DNA of 64,000 bases from Candidatus Levyibacteriota bacterium (GTDB taxonomy: Bacteria; Patescibacteriota; Microgenomatia; Levybacterales; UBA12049). The stretch spans positions 122,622 through 186,621 of the forward strand of contig JACQHJ010000002.1 in assembly GCA_016199085.1 (NCBI GenBank), in the 5' to 3' direction. Below, piece after piece: positions 18,825-29,517 of the stretch (within the stretch, counting starts at the first letter, position 1; every line of letters begins with the position of its first letter). The notes under the pieces are model-generated. The model made no database searches, was not told the origin of the DNA, and saw nothing but the letters and a program-made list of their open reading frames with translations. The position numbers and the translations under genes were made by a program.

Positions 18825-19167
18825 TTTTGATTAAATTTGCCAGTGCTCCGTTTATAAACTTAGGGCTTGCTTCGCCTCCGTATTCTTTGGCAAGTTCTAT
18901 CGCTTCATCTATTATAACTCTTGGCGGCTGCTTTTTTTCAATGGTAAGTTCGAAGACGGCAAGGCGAAGTATTGCAAGATCAACCCTATTGATTTTTTCA
19001 ATAGGAAACTGAGGCGCAGAGATTTTGATAAAATCATCAATCTTATCTTTGTTTTTTAGAATTTCTGATGCCGTATCTCCCACTCTTTGTTTATGGAATT
19101 GTGTTTTGAAGAGGTCTTCGACGACTTTTTGCCGTCTAAGATGCCTAATATCTAGAGGATTTTTCAT
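18802..19167 (-). CDS. nusB: Transcription antitermination factor NusB.
   Basis: NusB-like helical protein. RVDLAILRLAVFEL segment. Confidence 0.8.
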   Translation of the reverse strand: MKNPLDIRHLRRQKVVEDLFKTQFHKQRVGDTASEILKNKDKIDDFIKISAPQFPIEKINRVDLAILRLAVFELTIEKKQPPRVIIDEAIELAKEYGGEASPKFINGALANLIKNDKATSI

Positions 19168-19412
19168 TACTTTGTTGTCTGTTGGGTATTTTCTTTTGTT
19201 TCTTCTTCTCTTTTCTTTTTCTTATCTTCCTTTTTTTGCATCGAAATTACTTCCCTACCCTTATAGAAGCCACATTTAGGACAAATCTGGTGGGCTAAAA
19301 TTTCGGTTTGGCAGTTTGGACAAGTTACAGTATGAGATAAAGACAAGTGGATGCTTGCTCTTCTTTTCCCCTGTCTTTGTCTTGAATGTCTTTTCTTTGG
19401 CTCTTGCGGCAT
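19167..19412 (-). CDS. rpmF: 50S ribosomal protein L32 with a Lys/Glu-rich C-terminal extension.
   Basis: C4 zinc ribbon CPNC...CPKCG followed by YKGREVI. The tail is KKEDKKKKREEETKE. Confidence 0.8.
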   Translation of the reverse strand: MPQEPKKRHSRQRQGKRRASIHLSLSHTVTCPNCQTEILAHQICPKCGFYKGREVISMQKKEDKKKKREEETKENTQQTTK

Positions 19413-19474
19413 ATAAGGTATTTTACTTTATTTGAGGCCGAGTTTCAATAACTATCCAAAAAACAAGTTAATTC

Positions 19475-21487
19475 TTAGTCTGGGGACACCTCTTTAAGAT
19501 TTTCTTCTTCAATTTTTTTAGCAAGATTAGGATACTCGCTCAGTTTTGCAAAGACCTTTTCCGCCTCTTTTTTAGTTTTTTCAATTAAATCAAAATCAGA
19601 AAAACTTGCTACTTTAAGTTGCGGTATTCCATGCTGAAGCGTTCCATACATTTGTCCGGGGCCTCTTAGTTTTAAATCTATCTCAGAAAGAACTGCTCCT
19701 GAGAAAATTGCCTCCATGGATTTAAGGCGTTCTAGAGTAACGGGGTTTTTACTTGAGGTAAATAAAAGGCAGAATGATTCCTTGCCTCCCCTACCCACCC
19801 TTCCTCTTAGTTGATGAAGCTGGGCAAGGCCGAAGCGCTCTGCTTCTTCGATCATCATGATGGTTGCATTTGGTATATCAATGCCTACTTCAACAACGGG
19901 AGTTGAGACCAAAATATCTGTTTTTCCACTCCTGAAGGTATCTAAAACCTCATCTTTTTCTTTGGCTTTCATTTTTCCATGCAAAAGTCCCAGGGAAAGT
20001 TTTGGAAAAACTTCTTTAGACAGTCTTTCAAATTCTTTTGTTGCCGCTTTTACCGTAACCATGGATTCAGATTCTTCTATAAAAGGACAGACAATAAAAA
20101 CCTGGTCTTTTCCCTTTACGATCTTTTCCTCAATCCAGTTATATGCTCCTGTTCTTTTGCTTGGTGGAACTACCCAGGTTTTGATTGTTTTTCTACCTTT
20201 TGGCATTTCGTCTAAGATGGATAGATCCAGATCTCCATACAAAGTTAGTGCAACGGTTCTTGGGATTGGCGTTGCCGTCATTGTTAGAAGATGGGGGTTT
20301 TTGGCTTTTTGCCTTAAAATGCCTCTTTGTTCCACTCCGAATCTTTGCTGCTCATCAATTACGATAAGGCCGAGGTTTTTAAATTTAACCTTTTTATGAA
20401 TTAAAGCATGAGTGCCGATTGCGATGTCAAATTTAGTGTCTTTTGATTTGGTGGTGCCCGTAAAAAGAGCAACGTTAACGTTGAGGTTAGATAAAAGCTT
20501 TGAAATAACATTGAAGTGCTGGTTTGCGAGTATCTCGGTTGGCGCCATAAAGGCCGTCTGATATCCGTTTAGAAAGGCTATGTAGGCAGCAACGGTTGCC
20601 ACTATTGTTTTTCCGCTTCCAACGTCTCCTTCTAAAAGCCTATTCATGGGTGAATCCAAAGAAAGATCTTTTAATATCTCCCTAGTTGCATTTTTCTGGG
20701 CATTGGTTAGCTCAAATGAAAGTGTTTTAATAAATTTTTTTACCTTTTCCTTATGCTTTTCCACTTCCCATTTCTTTATCTTTTCCTTTTCCCACTGTTT
20801 CTTTCTGACCAAAGATGAGAGTTGAAGATTAAATAATTCGTCAAAGGAAAGCCTTTCCCTTGCCTCTTCGGCCTCATTTAAAGAGCTTGGGAAATGGATT
20901 TTTCTAACTGCTTCATCTAAGTTCATTAAACCATTCTCTTTTATTAAATCTTTTGGTAAATAATCGTCAATACTTGGAAACTCCTGTAAGAGTTTGAAAA
21001 CCTGTCTTCGTAACCACTTAGAAGAAATTCCTTTTGTTTCAGGATATATCGGGACAAGTCTTCCGGTATGAATTGTCTGATTTTGGAAAATAACTTCATA
21101 GTCAGGAGATTTCATTATCAGTTTATTTCCGTCAAGATCAACTTTTCCAGACATTGAAATTTCATCACCCTCTTTGATTGTTTTAGGAATAAATGGCTGG
21201 TTAAACCAAAGGACTTCAATTTTTCCAGTTTCGTCGTAAACGATCCCTCTTTGTAGACTTTTCCATTTTCTTGTGTATTGGTTTTGGATTTTTTCAACTT
21301 TTCCTCTGACGGTTACAGTTTCTCCAGCCTGGACCAGGCCAATTTGAGAAACAAGGGAAAAGTCGTCATATCTAAAAGGGATATGGAATAAAAAATCTTC
21401 GAGTTTGAAGATGTTTAATTTAGAGAGTCTTCCTGCATACATTTTATATGCTTTTGAGAAAGAACCTACAGGTGTATTTAAATCCAT
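19475..21487 (-). CDS. recG: ATP-dependent DNA helicase RecG.
   Basis: Wedge/OB region. GDVGSGKT Walker A. DEQQRFGV motif II. About 670 aa. Confidence 0.9.
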   Translation of the reverse strand: MDLNTPVGSFSKAYKMYAGRLSKLNIFKLEDFLFHIPFRYDDFSLVSQIGLVQAGETVTVRGKVEKIQNQYTRKWKSLQRGIVYDETGKIEVLWFNQPFIPKTIKEGDEISMSGKVDLDGNKLIMKSPDYEVIFQNQTIHTGRLVPIYPETKGISSKWLRRQVFKLLQEFPSIDDYLPKDLIKENGLMNLDEAVRKIHFPSSLNEAEEARERLSFDELFNLQLSSLVRKKQWEKEKIKKWEVEKHKEKVKKFIKTLSFELTNAQKNATREILKDLSLDSPMNRLLEGDVGSGKTIVATVAAYIAFLNGYQTAFMAPTEILANQHFNVISKLLSNLNVNVALFTGTTKSKDTKFDIAIGTHALIHKKVKFKNLGLIVIDEQQRFGVEQRGILRQKAKNPHLLTMTATPIPRTVALTLYGDLDLSILDEMPKGRKTIKTWVVPPSKRTGAYNWIEEKIVKGKDQVFIVCPFIEESESMVTVKAATKEFERLSKEVFPKLSLGLLHGKMKAKEKDEVLDTFRSGKTDILVSTPVVEVGIDIPNATIMMIEEAERFGLAQLHQLRGRVGRGGKESFCLLFTSSKNPVTLERLKSMEAIFSGAVLSEIDLKLRGPGQMYGTLQHGIPQLKVASFSDFDLIEKTKKEAEKVFAKLSEYPNLAKKIEEENLKEVSPD

Positions 21488-21597
21488 AACTTAAAGGGTT
21501 AGGAAGGGCAAAACAGATGACGCAATTAGTGCGAAACTGACTATTACAATTATTATTTTCCAGATCCAATTATTTTTTCTTATAAACTCCATATGCT

Positions 21598-22770
21598 TTA
21601 TTTTACCACAAGTTTTACAAAACGTTTCTTGCCAACCTTGAGAATTCCTTCTTCTAAAACCTGGTTTTGGTCGGTAATCTTTTTATCATTTACGGTTACC
21701 CCCCCTTGCTCTATCAGTCTCTTAGCTTCTGATTTGCTTTGGGAAAAATTTGCATTAACTAGAACTTCGGAAGCGGTCATATCCCTTCGCACAGTAATTG
21801 TATGTAGATTTTGGGGAACTTCTTTGTTTTGAACTGTTTTTTCAAATTCCTCTTTTGCTTTTTTAGCTGATTTCTCATCAACAAGCTCTTTAACTATTTC
21901 AAAAGCAAGCTCTTTTTTAATATCTCTTGGGTTTTCCTTTGATTTAAGTCTTTTTTCAAACCTTCCAACTTCCTCCAAGGAAAAATTGGTGGCTAGCATT
22001 AGATAATTTAAAATGAGATCATCATTTATCGCCATCACTTTTCTATAAATATCAAACGGCTTGTCATCAAGCCAGATAGCGTTTCCCCAGGATTTACTCA
22101 TTTTTCTTGTGTCGGTCCCTTCTAAAATTACCGTTGTTAAGACAAAAGATTCTTTCTCTTTTAAATCTCTTATTAACGCTCTTCCCGCCTGCATATTGAA
22201 AGTCTGATCTGTCCCACCAATCTGAAGGTCTGTGTCCATAAAATAGCTGTCATATCCCTGCATGACTGGATACAAAAACTCATGAAGCCCTACTCTTTTC
22301 CCATCAGTTAGTCTTTTTTTGATAAGTTCTCTTCCCACGAAGTCCCCTACTGAAAAATGCTGGGTCAGTTTTAAAATATCGACAAAGTTAAGTTTTTTTA
22401 ACCATTCACTGTTATATCTTACTTTAACCTTATTAAAATCCAGTATTTTTTCTGCCTGTTTTTTATATGTTTTGAAATTTTCCTCAATCTCTTCGATGGT
22501 TAACGCAGGTCTTTCAGAATCCTTATCGGAAGTGTCACCGATTAAAGCCGTAAAATCGCCTATTAAAAAAGTGACGTTTTGGCCCAAAAGCGCAAACTGG
22601 TTTAGCTTTCTAAGAACGACAGCATGTCCTAAATGGATTTTGGTTGAAGTTGGGTCAATTCCTAAATAGATGTTTAGTTTCTTTCCCGACATCAGTTTTC
22701 CGGCCAACATATTTTTGTTTGGAATGATGTTTGCGACACCCCTTGTTAAGATCTCTTCAACTTGCTTCAT
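21598..22770 (-). CDS. tyrS: Tyrosyl-tRNA synthetase.
   Basis: Class I HIGH-type (KIHLGH) and KMSKS motifs. C-terminal S4 domain. Confidence 0.9.
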   Translation of the reverse strand: MKQVEEILTRGVANIIPNKNMLAGKLMSGKKLNIYLGIDPTSTKIHLGHAVVLRKLNQFALLGQNVTFLIGDFTALIGDTSDKDSERPALTIEEIEENFKTYKKQAEKILDFNKVKVRYNSEWLKKLNFVDILKLTQHFSVGDFVGRELIKKRLTDGKRVGLHEFLYPVMQGYDSYFMDTDLQIGGTDQTFNMQAGRALIRDLKEKESFVLTTVILEGTDTRKMSKSWGNAIWLDDKPFDIYRKVMAINDDLILNYLMLATNFSLEEVGRFEKRLKSKENPRDIKKELAFEIVKELVDEKSAKKAKEEFEKTVQNKEVPQNLHTITVRRDMTASEVLVNANFSQSKSEAKRLIEQGGVTVNDKKITDQNQVLEEGILKVGKKRFVKLVVK

Positions 22771-22818
22771 AGCCTCAGTATAGCACAGTTTAGCTCAAAT
22801 TTGATATACTTTAGGAAT

Positions 22819-25215
22819 ATGTTTGATTACGCAAGGAAGTCAAGGAGAAGAAGTTCATATTTCACTCTTTCAATTCCAAATTTTGGAAGATTTGGGAAAT
22901 TTAATAACTTTTCAAATACCCCCAAAGATGTCTTGATAAGTAAGATTTTTAAGTATTCTTTTTTTGGTCTTATCGGCCTTATTCTCCTGATGGCGGTTTT
23001 GTTTATCTGGTACGGAAGAGATCTTCCTGCTCCAGGAAAGCTCGTTGAGGCCCAAGTTTCCCAGTCGAGTGGAATATATGATCGAAACGGAGAGCTTTTG
23101 TTTTCCGTCTACCAAAACCAGAACAGGATTTACGTAACTTTGGATAAGATACCCAAATTCTTAAGACAAGGGACAATAGCAATTGAAGACAAGAGTTTTT
23201 ATGAAAACGAAGGCTTTTCTATAACAGGTTATATAAGAGGGCTTATCATTGACCCGATACTTAGACAAAGGGTCACTGGAGGTTCTACAATCACCCAGCA
23301 GCTGGTTAAAAACGTTCTTCTAACATCGGAGCGAAGTTTGCCAAGAAAGATCAAGGAATTAATGCTTGCTATCCAAGTTGATCGAAAATACACCAAAGAT
23401 GAAATTTTGGAAATGTATTTAAATGACGTTCCATATGGCGGAACCGCCATTGGAGTCCAGGCAGCTTCCCAAATTTATTTTAATAAAGACGTCAAGGATC
23501 TAAATCTTGCCGAAAGCGCATTTTTGGCAGGCCTTCCTCAAAGCCCAAGTACTTATAGTCCATTTAGCGGTGACAAATATTATTTATCAAGAACAAAAAA
23601 CGTTTTGGCCCAAATGGAATCCCAGGGGTATATCACTAAAAAACAGGCAGAGAAAGCATATAAAGAAATTGAGAACAAAAAGTTTTCAGGAAGCGATATA
23701 GGTATAAAAGCTCCTCATTTTGTTATGTTTGTAAAGCAAGCTTTGGTTAAACAGTTTGGCGAATCAGCGGTTGAAAACGGAGGATTAAGAGTCACAACAA
23801 CCCTTGATTATAAAATCGAAAAAGAAGCTGAAAAAATTGTCAACGAAGAGATTAAGAAACTCAAAAACTATAAAGTAGGAAACGGAGCAGCCATGGTGAC
23901 AAACCCAAAAACCGGCGAGATTTTGGCAATGGTAGGAAGTGAAGATTATTTCAATACCGATAACGACGGAAACTTTAACGCTGCAGCAGGTTTTAGACAG
24001 CCTGGATCCTCATTAAAGCCGATAACTTACGCGGTTGCTTTTAGCAGGGGTTATACCCCCTCTACTCTTTTAATAGATTCTCAGACAAATTTTAAGGCAA
24101 ACGACGACGAAAAAGATTATATTCCGGTCAATTACGACGGTAAATACAGAGGTCCTGTTCAGGTAAGATTTGCTCTTGCAAACTCACTTAATGTCCCTGC
24201 CGTAAAAATGCTTTCAATGGTTGGTGTAAAAAACGTCATGCAAAAGGCCTATGAAATGGGAATAGATAACTGGCAGCCTACAGATGAGAATCTAAGAAAC
24301 GTCGGCTACTCTTTAGTTTTGGGAGGAAGAGATGTAAGACTTTTGGATGAAGTGGAAGCATACGGGGTTTTTGCAAACGGCGGACAAAAGCAATCTTTGG
24401 TTTCAATACTTGAAGTAAAAGATTCGAAAGGAAATACGCTTTACAAATATAACCAGCCCTCTCCGCAAAGAATATTTGGCGAGGACATAAGTTTTCTTAT
24501 CTCTCACATTTTGCTTGATAATACGGTAAGAAGTGCAACATTTGGTACAAATTCATATCTTGTAATACCCGGACACCCGAGCGTTTCGGTAAAAACAGGA
24601 ACAACGGATGAAAAAAGAGACAACTGGACAGTGGGATATACAAAGTCATTTGTCGTAGGTTCTTGGGTTGGAAATAATGACAATACGCCGATGGGAAACA
24701 TCACCTCCGGAGTAACTGGCGCAGCACCGATCTTTAACAGGCTGATGACATTTGTTCTTAAAGGTAAAGAAGACGAGCCATTTAACAAACCGGATAATGT
24801 CGAGGCGGCAATTATTGACGCATATGGAGGAGGAGCTCCTGTTGACGGAAAGCCGCAAAGAAGCGAATACTTTATCAAAGGAACACAGCCCTCCGGTCCT
24901 TCTAATATCTATCAGAAAATTAAGCTTTCAAAACATGACAACGGAAAACTTGCCAGTCCTTGGGAAATTGAACACGGACAATATGACACTAAAGATTACA
25001 TTGTCCTAAAAGAAGATGATCCGATTTCTCAGGATGGTAAAAACAGATGGATGGAGGGAATAACTGAATGGATAAAGAAAACTTATGCTGCAGATCACCC
25101 TGAATATTATCCACCGACAGAGACGTCTTCATATAAAGAAGAAGAGGGTTCAAGCGATACTCCAACGCCTACTCCATCGGAAACGCCTACCCCAACGTTA
25201 ACGCCTACTCCTTAA
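22819..25215 (+). CDS. Class A penicillin-binding protein (GT51 transglycosylase plus transpeptidase) with a C-terminal Thr/Pro repeat tail.
   Basis: EDKSFYENEGFS GT51 motif. SSLKP (SxxK), SxN and KTGT motifs. The tail is PTPTPSETPTPTLTPTP. The start was moved to MFDYARKSRRR to avoid overlapping the tyrS start; the ORF track begins at 22762. Confidence 0.9.
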   Translation: MFDYARKSRRRSSYFTLSIPNFGRFGKFNNFSNTPKDVLISKIFKYSFFGLIGLILLMAVLFIWYGRDLPAPGKLVEAQVSQSSGIYDRNGELLFSVYQNQNRIYVTLDKIPKFLRQGTIAIEDKSFYENEGFSITGYIRGLIIDPILRQRVTGGSTITQQLVKNVLLTSERSLPRKIKELMLAIQVDRKYTKDEILEMYLNDVPYGGTAIGVQAASQIYFNKDVKDLNLAESAFLAGLPQSPSTYSPFSGDKYYLSRTKNVLAQMESQGYITKKQAEKAYKEIENKKFSGSDIGIKAPHFVMFVKQALVKQFGESAVENGGLRVTTTLDYKIEKEAEKIVNEEIKKLKNYKVGNGAAMVTNPKTGEILAMVGSEDYFNTDNDGNFNAAAGFRQPGSSLKPITYAVAFSRGYTPSTLLIDSQTNFKANDDEKDYIPVNYDGKYRGPVQVRFALANSLNVPAVKMLSMVGVKNVMQKAYEMGIDNWQPTDENLRNVGYSLVLGGRDVRLLDEVEAYGVFANGGQKQSLVSILEVKDSKGNTLYKYNQPSPQRIFGEDISFLISHILLDNTVRSATFGTNSYLVIPGHPSVSVKTGTTDEKRDNWTVGYTKSFVVGSWVGNNDNTPMGNITSGVTGAAPIFNRLMTFVLKGKEDEPFNKPDNVEAAIIDAYGGGAPVDGKPQRSEYFIKGTQPSGPSNIYQKIKLSKHDNGKLASPWEIEHGQYDTKDYIVLKEDDPISQDGKNRWMEGITEWIKKTYAADHPEYYPPTETSSYKEEEGSSDTPTPTPSETPTPTLTPTP

Positions 25216-27136
25216 TTGTAGCTTTAAATTTTTCTTTTAAAACACTAATTACCTTTTCCCTTATTTTTGAGACCTCTTGATTTGTCAGATTCTTTTCAAA
25301 ATCCAGATAGACGATATGGAAAGTCCTAGTATCTTTGTAGGTGTCTTTAAGAGTAACCTCTGTAATAAGAGCGTCTTGGTTTTTAATTGTGTTTATCAAA
25401 TCCTGAGTTGAAGAGTCCGAAATAACAGAAATGTCTTCAACGATTGGTGGAAATTTTGCAAAGGGCTTAAATGTTTTTTTGTTTGAAGCATGTTTTAGTA
25501 TTGTTTCAAAATTTAACTCAAAATCAACAAGGTTTGTGTCTAGTACCTCTATCTCTCCAAGATAATCCTTTTCAATAAAGATTGATGCTCCAAGTCCACC
25601 CTTTTGTGACTTTTTAAAATCAACATTTTTGATTCCTAAATCTAATAATACCTGCTCGATAAATCCTTTTACCTCGTAAAAAGACGCATGTGGTTTTTTA
25701 TATATACCTGAAAGCATTTGCACCTCATTGGGTAAATCATTTTGTTTTTTTAAATAAATATTAGACAACTCAAAGACCCTAAGTTCGTCCAATCCTTTAT
25801 TATCTCTGACTACGTTTAAAAGACTTGGGATAAGTGAATTTCTCAAATATGCCATGTCTTCTGACAGCGGATTTTTAAGTTTTATCGCATCATCTATTGG
25901 TCCGTCAAATAATTCTTCTGAGATCAGTGAATATGTATAAACTTCTGTGAATCCAAAATATTTAAATGCATTTTTAGCTTTTTTTTCAAAGTAAAAATTA
26001 TCTGCAAAACCAACAACCTTATTCGACAAGAAGGTTGGGACAACGCTTGGAAGATTGTGATATCCATAAATCCTTGCGACTTCTTCTATTATATCTTCGT
26101 CTATTGAGACGTCAGCTCTAATGGGTGGAACAGTAATCTCAAGTATGCTCCCTGAGGCCTTGGCATTAAAACCTAATTTATTTAATATCTCAACCGAGGT
26201 TTTAGTTTCTAATTCAACGCCAATCACTTTTTTAATTTTTTCATGATCTACTTTGATTTTCTTCTCTTTTGGTTTATTGGGGTAAATGTCTAAAATCTCA
26301 GAAATTACTTTTCCTTTGGCAATTTTCTCATAAAGTTCAATGCCCCGAAGCAATGCTTTTAGGGAAAGTTCGGGATCAACGCCTTTTTCATTTAAGATTG
26401 CAGCTTCGCTTCTAATGCCCAAACTCATTGAAGTATTTCTGATATTTACTGGATTATTGTTATCAATAAAAAACATTATTTTCTTGGTATTTTGGGTAAC
26501 GACGGAATTTGCGGTTCCCATAACACCTAAAAGATCAATTATCTTTCCGGTTCCATCATCTGCAACTATATCTCCTCCCAAAAGTACGTGCGTTTTTCCA
26601 TCAAGCGTTGAAATCACTTCTCCCTTTTTGGCTTGTCTGATAATTATTTTTTTTGTATTTAATCTATCAAAATCAAAGACGTGTGTCGGATGACCTACCT
26701 CTCTCATGACATAATTGGTTACATCGATTAAATTATTTAGGCTTCTGATACCTGATTTTTCAAGTCTTTGGGAAATTTCTTTGGGACTATCCCCTATCTC
26801 AATCTCCAGGATAACCGCACAGATTCTATTTACAAGTTTTGGATCATTAACAATTTCAATGGGAAATTTATTAAAAGATTTTGGGAAAGATTTAATTTTA
26901 AGATCGTTGAATCTTGAGTTTTTTAAGACAGCCGATGCTTCTCTTGCGATCCCAATAACTGACATCAGATCCGGCCTATTGGTCGTAACCTCAATGTCGT
27001 AAATATCATCGTTTTCGACTTTTTCTATTTTTTCAACAGATACACTTGTTAAAGAAAGCTCAGTTGCAATATCTTTTACAGAGGTTTTAGTGTCTAGAAA
27101 TTCTCTTAACCAACTATCAACTATTTTTATATTCAT
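25205..27136 (-). CDS. pheT: Phenylalanyl-tRNA synthetase beta subunit (short form).
   Basis: B3/B4 and B5-like regions and a C-terminal FDX-ACB-like segment. Directly downstream of pheS. Confidence 0.85.
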   Translation of the reverse strand: MNIKIVDSWLREFLDTKTSVKDIATELSLTSVSVEKIEKVENDDIYDIEVTTNRPDLMSVIGIAREASAVLKNSRFNDLKIKSFPKSFNKFPIEIVNDPKLVNRICAVILEIEIGDSPKEISQRLEKSGIRSLNNLIDVTNYVMREVGHPTHVFDFDRLNTKKIIIRQAKKGEVISTLDGKTHVLLGGDIVADDGTGKIIDLLGVMGTANSVVTQNTKKIMFFIDNNNPVNIRNTSMSLGIRSEAAILNEKGVDPELSLKALLRGIELYEKIAKGKVISEILDIYPNKPKEKKIKVDHEKIKKVIGVELETKTSVEILNKLGFNAKASGSILEITVPPIRADVSIDEDIIEEVARIYGYHNLPSVVPTFLSNKVVGFADNFYFEKKAKNAFKYFGFTEVYTYSLISEELFDGPIDDAIKLKNPLSEDMAYLRNSLIPSLLNVVRDNKGLDELRVFELSNIYLKKQNDLPNEVQMLSGIYKKPHASFYEVKGFIEQVLLDLGIKNVDFKKSQKGGLGASIFIEKDYLGEIEVLDTNLVDFELNFETILKHASNKKTFKPFAKFPPIVEDISVISDSSTQDLINTIKNQDALITEVTLKDTYKDTRTFHIVYLDFEKNLTNQEVSKIREKVISVLKEKFKATIKE

Positions 27137-27138
27137 AA

Positions 27139-28173
27139 TTAAAATTGTTCTAAAAATTCCATTCTATCCGAGTAGATCGTTCTTATGTCATCGAGCTTAA
27201 TTCCGTCTTTCATCATAAGCACTCTTTCCACTCCCCAGCCAAAAGCAAACCCGTTATAAACGCTTGGGTCTATTTCGCAGTTTTTTAAAACATTGGGATG
27301 GACCATTCCTGCTCCTCCCATTTCCAACCATCCCTCTTTACAAAGTTTGCATCCTTTCCCGTTACAAGCGCCGCAGCTTACATCGACTTCAAATGATGGT
27401 TCTGTAAATTCAAAATGATAAGGTCTTATTCTTGATTGTCTTTCTTTTCCAAAGTATGCTTTAACAAAGTAATCCAAGACTCCTTTTAAGTTGCTTATCG
27501 AAAGATCAGTATTGACAGCTAGCCCTTCAAACTGATGAAACATCGGGACATGGGAAATATCACTTTGTCTTCTATAACATTTAGCAATGTTTAACATTTT
27601 TATCGGGGGTTTATTTGTTGTCATTTCTCGAATTTGCCCGCTTGATGTTTGAGGTGTAAGAAGTACTGGTCCGTATTTTGGATGTGGCTTTTCATCTACA
27701 AAAAATGTTTCCCAGTCATCACGTGCTGGATGGTTAGGCGGGAAATTTAAGGCTTCAAATGCATACCAATCCCATTCAACCTCAGGGTACCTTACCCTTA
27801 CAAATCCTATTTTTTCAAAAATACTTTGAATCTCTTCAATCGCCTGGGTAACCAAATGCAAATGGCCAAGAGGTGGTTTGACTCCCGGATTTGTAACGTC
27901 AATTTTTTCAAGAAGAGTTGTTTTCTTAACCGCCGAAAGGGATTTGATTTTATCTTCTATTGCTTCTTCAATAGTCTGTTTTACTTCATTTGCCAAAACT
28001 CCAAACGCAGGGCGTTTCTCAGCGGGAAGTTTTGTGACCTCTTTTAAGGCAAGTGTTAACTTTCCGCTTTTCCCAAGGAACTGCAATTTTGTTTCTTCCA
28101 GGGATTTTAAGTCCTCGGCTTCTAAGACAAATGACAATGCGGCATTTTTAATGCCAATAAGTTCCTCTTCCAT
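27139..28173 (-). CDS. pheS: Phenylalanyl-tRNA synthetase alpha subunit.
   Basis: Class II motifs, including FRPSYFPFTEPS-like and GWGMGLERV-like (GFAFGWGVERV) segments. Confidence 0.9.
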   Translation of the reverse strand: MEEELIGIKNAALSFVLEAEDLKSLEETKLQFLGKSGKLTLALKEVTKLPAEKRPAFGVLANEVKQTIEEAIEDKIKSLSAVKKTTLLEKIDVTNPGVKPPLGHLHLVTQAIEEIQSIFEKIGFVRVRYPEVEWDWYAFEALNFPPNHPARDDWETFFVDEKPHPKYGPVLLTPQTSSGQIREMTTNKPPIKMLNIAKCYRRQSDISHVPMFHQFEGLAVNTDLSISNLKGVLDYFVKAYFGKERQSRIRPYHFEFTEPSFEVDVSCGACNGKGCKLCKEGWLEMGGAGMVHPNVLKNCEIDPSVYNGFAFGWGVERVLMMKDGIKLDDIRTIYSDRMEFLEQF

Positions 28174-28182
28174 TAAATATAA

Positions 28183-29517
28183 TTATAGCCTTGATATTTG
28201 TAAAAAACTAGTATAGTTTTCTTTGGCGTCTTGCAGATTATCCTCAACGACTCTTAGATTGTAGATCTGGGCAAGAATCTTACTACCAATAGTAGCAATA
28301 TTTTTCGATAGTTTTTTTTGAGAAAGATATTTTGCTACCATTGCATGATCTATTAAGTCTCCAGATCCAGAAAGTTGTTTTAAGTCGGGATATTTTCTTA
28401 ACAAAGTTTGCCCACATTGTGCAAAAACTTGTGGATGTGACATTATACTGTTTATTTCTTTTAAGTTTGCATCTTTTCTTATCATAAGAGCATGAGCGAT
28501 TTTTATCGAAAATTGATCCACAATATTAAATTTATATTTTGCCATTGCCACGATGCTTTCTTTTACGACCCCGCCTACGGCATTGTGAATGGCAAACTGC
28601 CCCCTATCAATCTCGCCTTTATGCAGTGAGGATAGCACATTTCCACTTGTATAGAGATATTTTACTCTGTAATTTTGGATTTTTGATTTTTTTATGTAAT
28701 AGAATAATGCTTCTTCATTAAAACTTCCCCTGCCTCCTTGAATACCAAAAGTTATATATTTAGGATTAATCTGTTTAGGCAATAATTTGTTATATAGCTT
28801 GTCAAACGAGATTCCCAGCTTGACCCGCACCTGCTTTGTATATGGATTATATTGCTGTAAATCGTTAAATAACTGCCAGGTGTCATTACACGTTTGTTGC
28901 ATAATATCTAATAATTTTTTTGCACCCAGTGAATCAATGTCGCTTTTTTGAAATTTATATTCATTAAGAAGCCTTCCAATAAAATGGGTTAATCCCTGAG
29001 AATTAGCTGCAATTTTATCGTGTTGCCCAGCAGACATCTCTATGACTTTTATTTTTTTATTTAAAAAATAATTCTTCCAAAATTTGTAATTTGCATCATC
29101 TGTTTTGAACTTATCTAAGATGATCGTATGTTTTTCAAATCCATCTTTTGTACTGTCGGGTCCAAACATTGGATGAGTAAGAAGTGCCTGAATATTTGTA
29201 TTTTTAAGATATTTCTCTAACACGTTTTGAGGGTGTATTTTTACAGATAATACATCAATGAGAAGATTTTTCTCAGTAAAATATTTTCCATGATCCCTGA
29301 TTACTTTCTCAAATTTTGAAATAGGTACGGCAAAAAACACAGCTTCACTTTTATAAACATTACTTAAATTAGTTTCGATAAAGGTGTGTTTGGAAAGATT
29401 AAGTCCTTTTGTATCTATCTTACTTTTGTTGTAAAGCAGAATTTTAAAATCATCTTTTATAAGACGATATAGGGTTTTGCCAAATCTGCCAAATCCGATA
29501 ATACTAACTTGTTTCAT
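28183..29517 (-). CDS. Bifunctional prephenate (or arogenate) dehydrogenase / prephenate dehydratase fusion, with no ACT domain.
   Basis: N-terminal Rossmann IIGFGRFG and HPMFGP TyrA signatures. The C-terminal PDT-like region has GIQGGRGSFNEEAL and an ENYTSF (TRF-like) motif. Confidence 0.7.
   Translation of the reverse strand: MKQVSIIGFGRFGKTLYRLIKDDFKILLYNKSKIDTKGLNLSKHTFIETNLSNVYKSEAVFFAVPISKFEKVIRDHGKYFTEKNLLIDVLSVKIHPQNVLEKYLKNTNIQALLTHPMFGPDSTKDGFEKHTIILDKFKTDDANYKFWKNYFLNKKIKVIEMSAGQHDKIAANSQGLTHFIGRLLNEYKFQKSDIDSLGAKKLLDIMQQTCNDTWQLFNDLQQYNPYTKQVRVKLGISFDKLYNKLLPKQINPKYITFGIQGGRGSFNEEALFYYIKKSKIQNYRVKYLYTSGNVLSSLHKGEIDRGQFAIHNAVGGVVKESIVAMAKYKFNIVDQFSIKIAHALMIRKDANLKEINSIMSHPQVFAQCGQTLLRKYPDLKQLSGSGDLIDHAMVAKYLSQKKLSKNIATIGSKILAQIYNLRVVEDNLQDAKENYTSFLQISRL

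Noticed and set aside
19857-20399. 180-aa + strand ORF inside recG
   Set aside because: Antisense to the clearly conserved RecG helicase core. No motifs.
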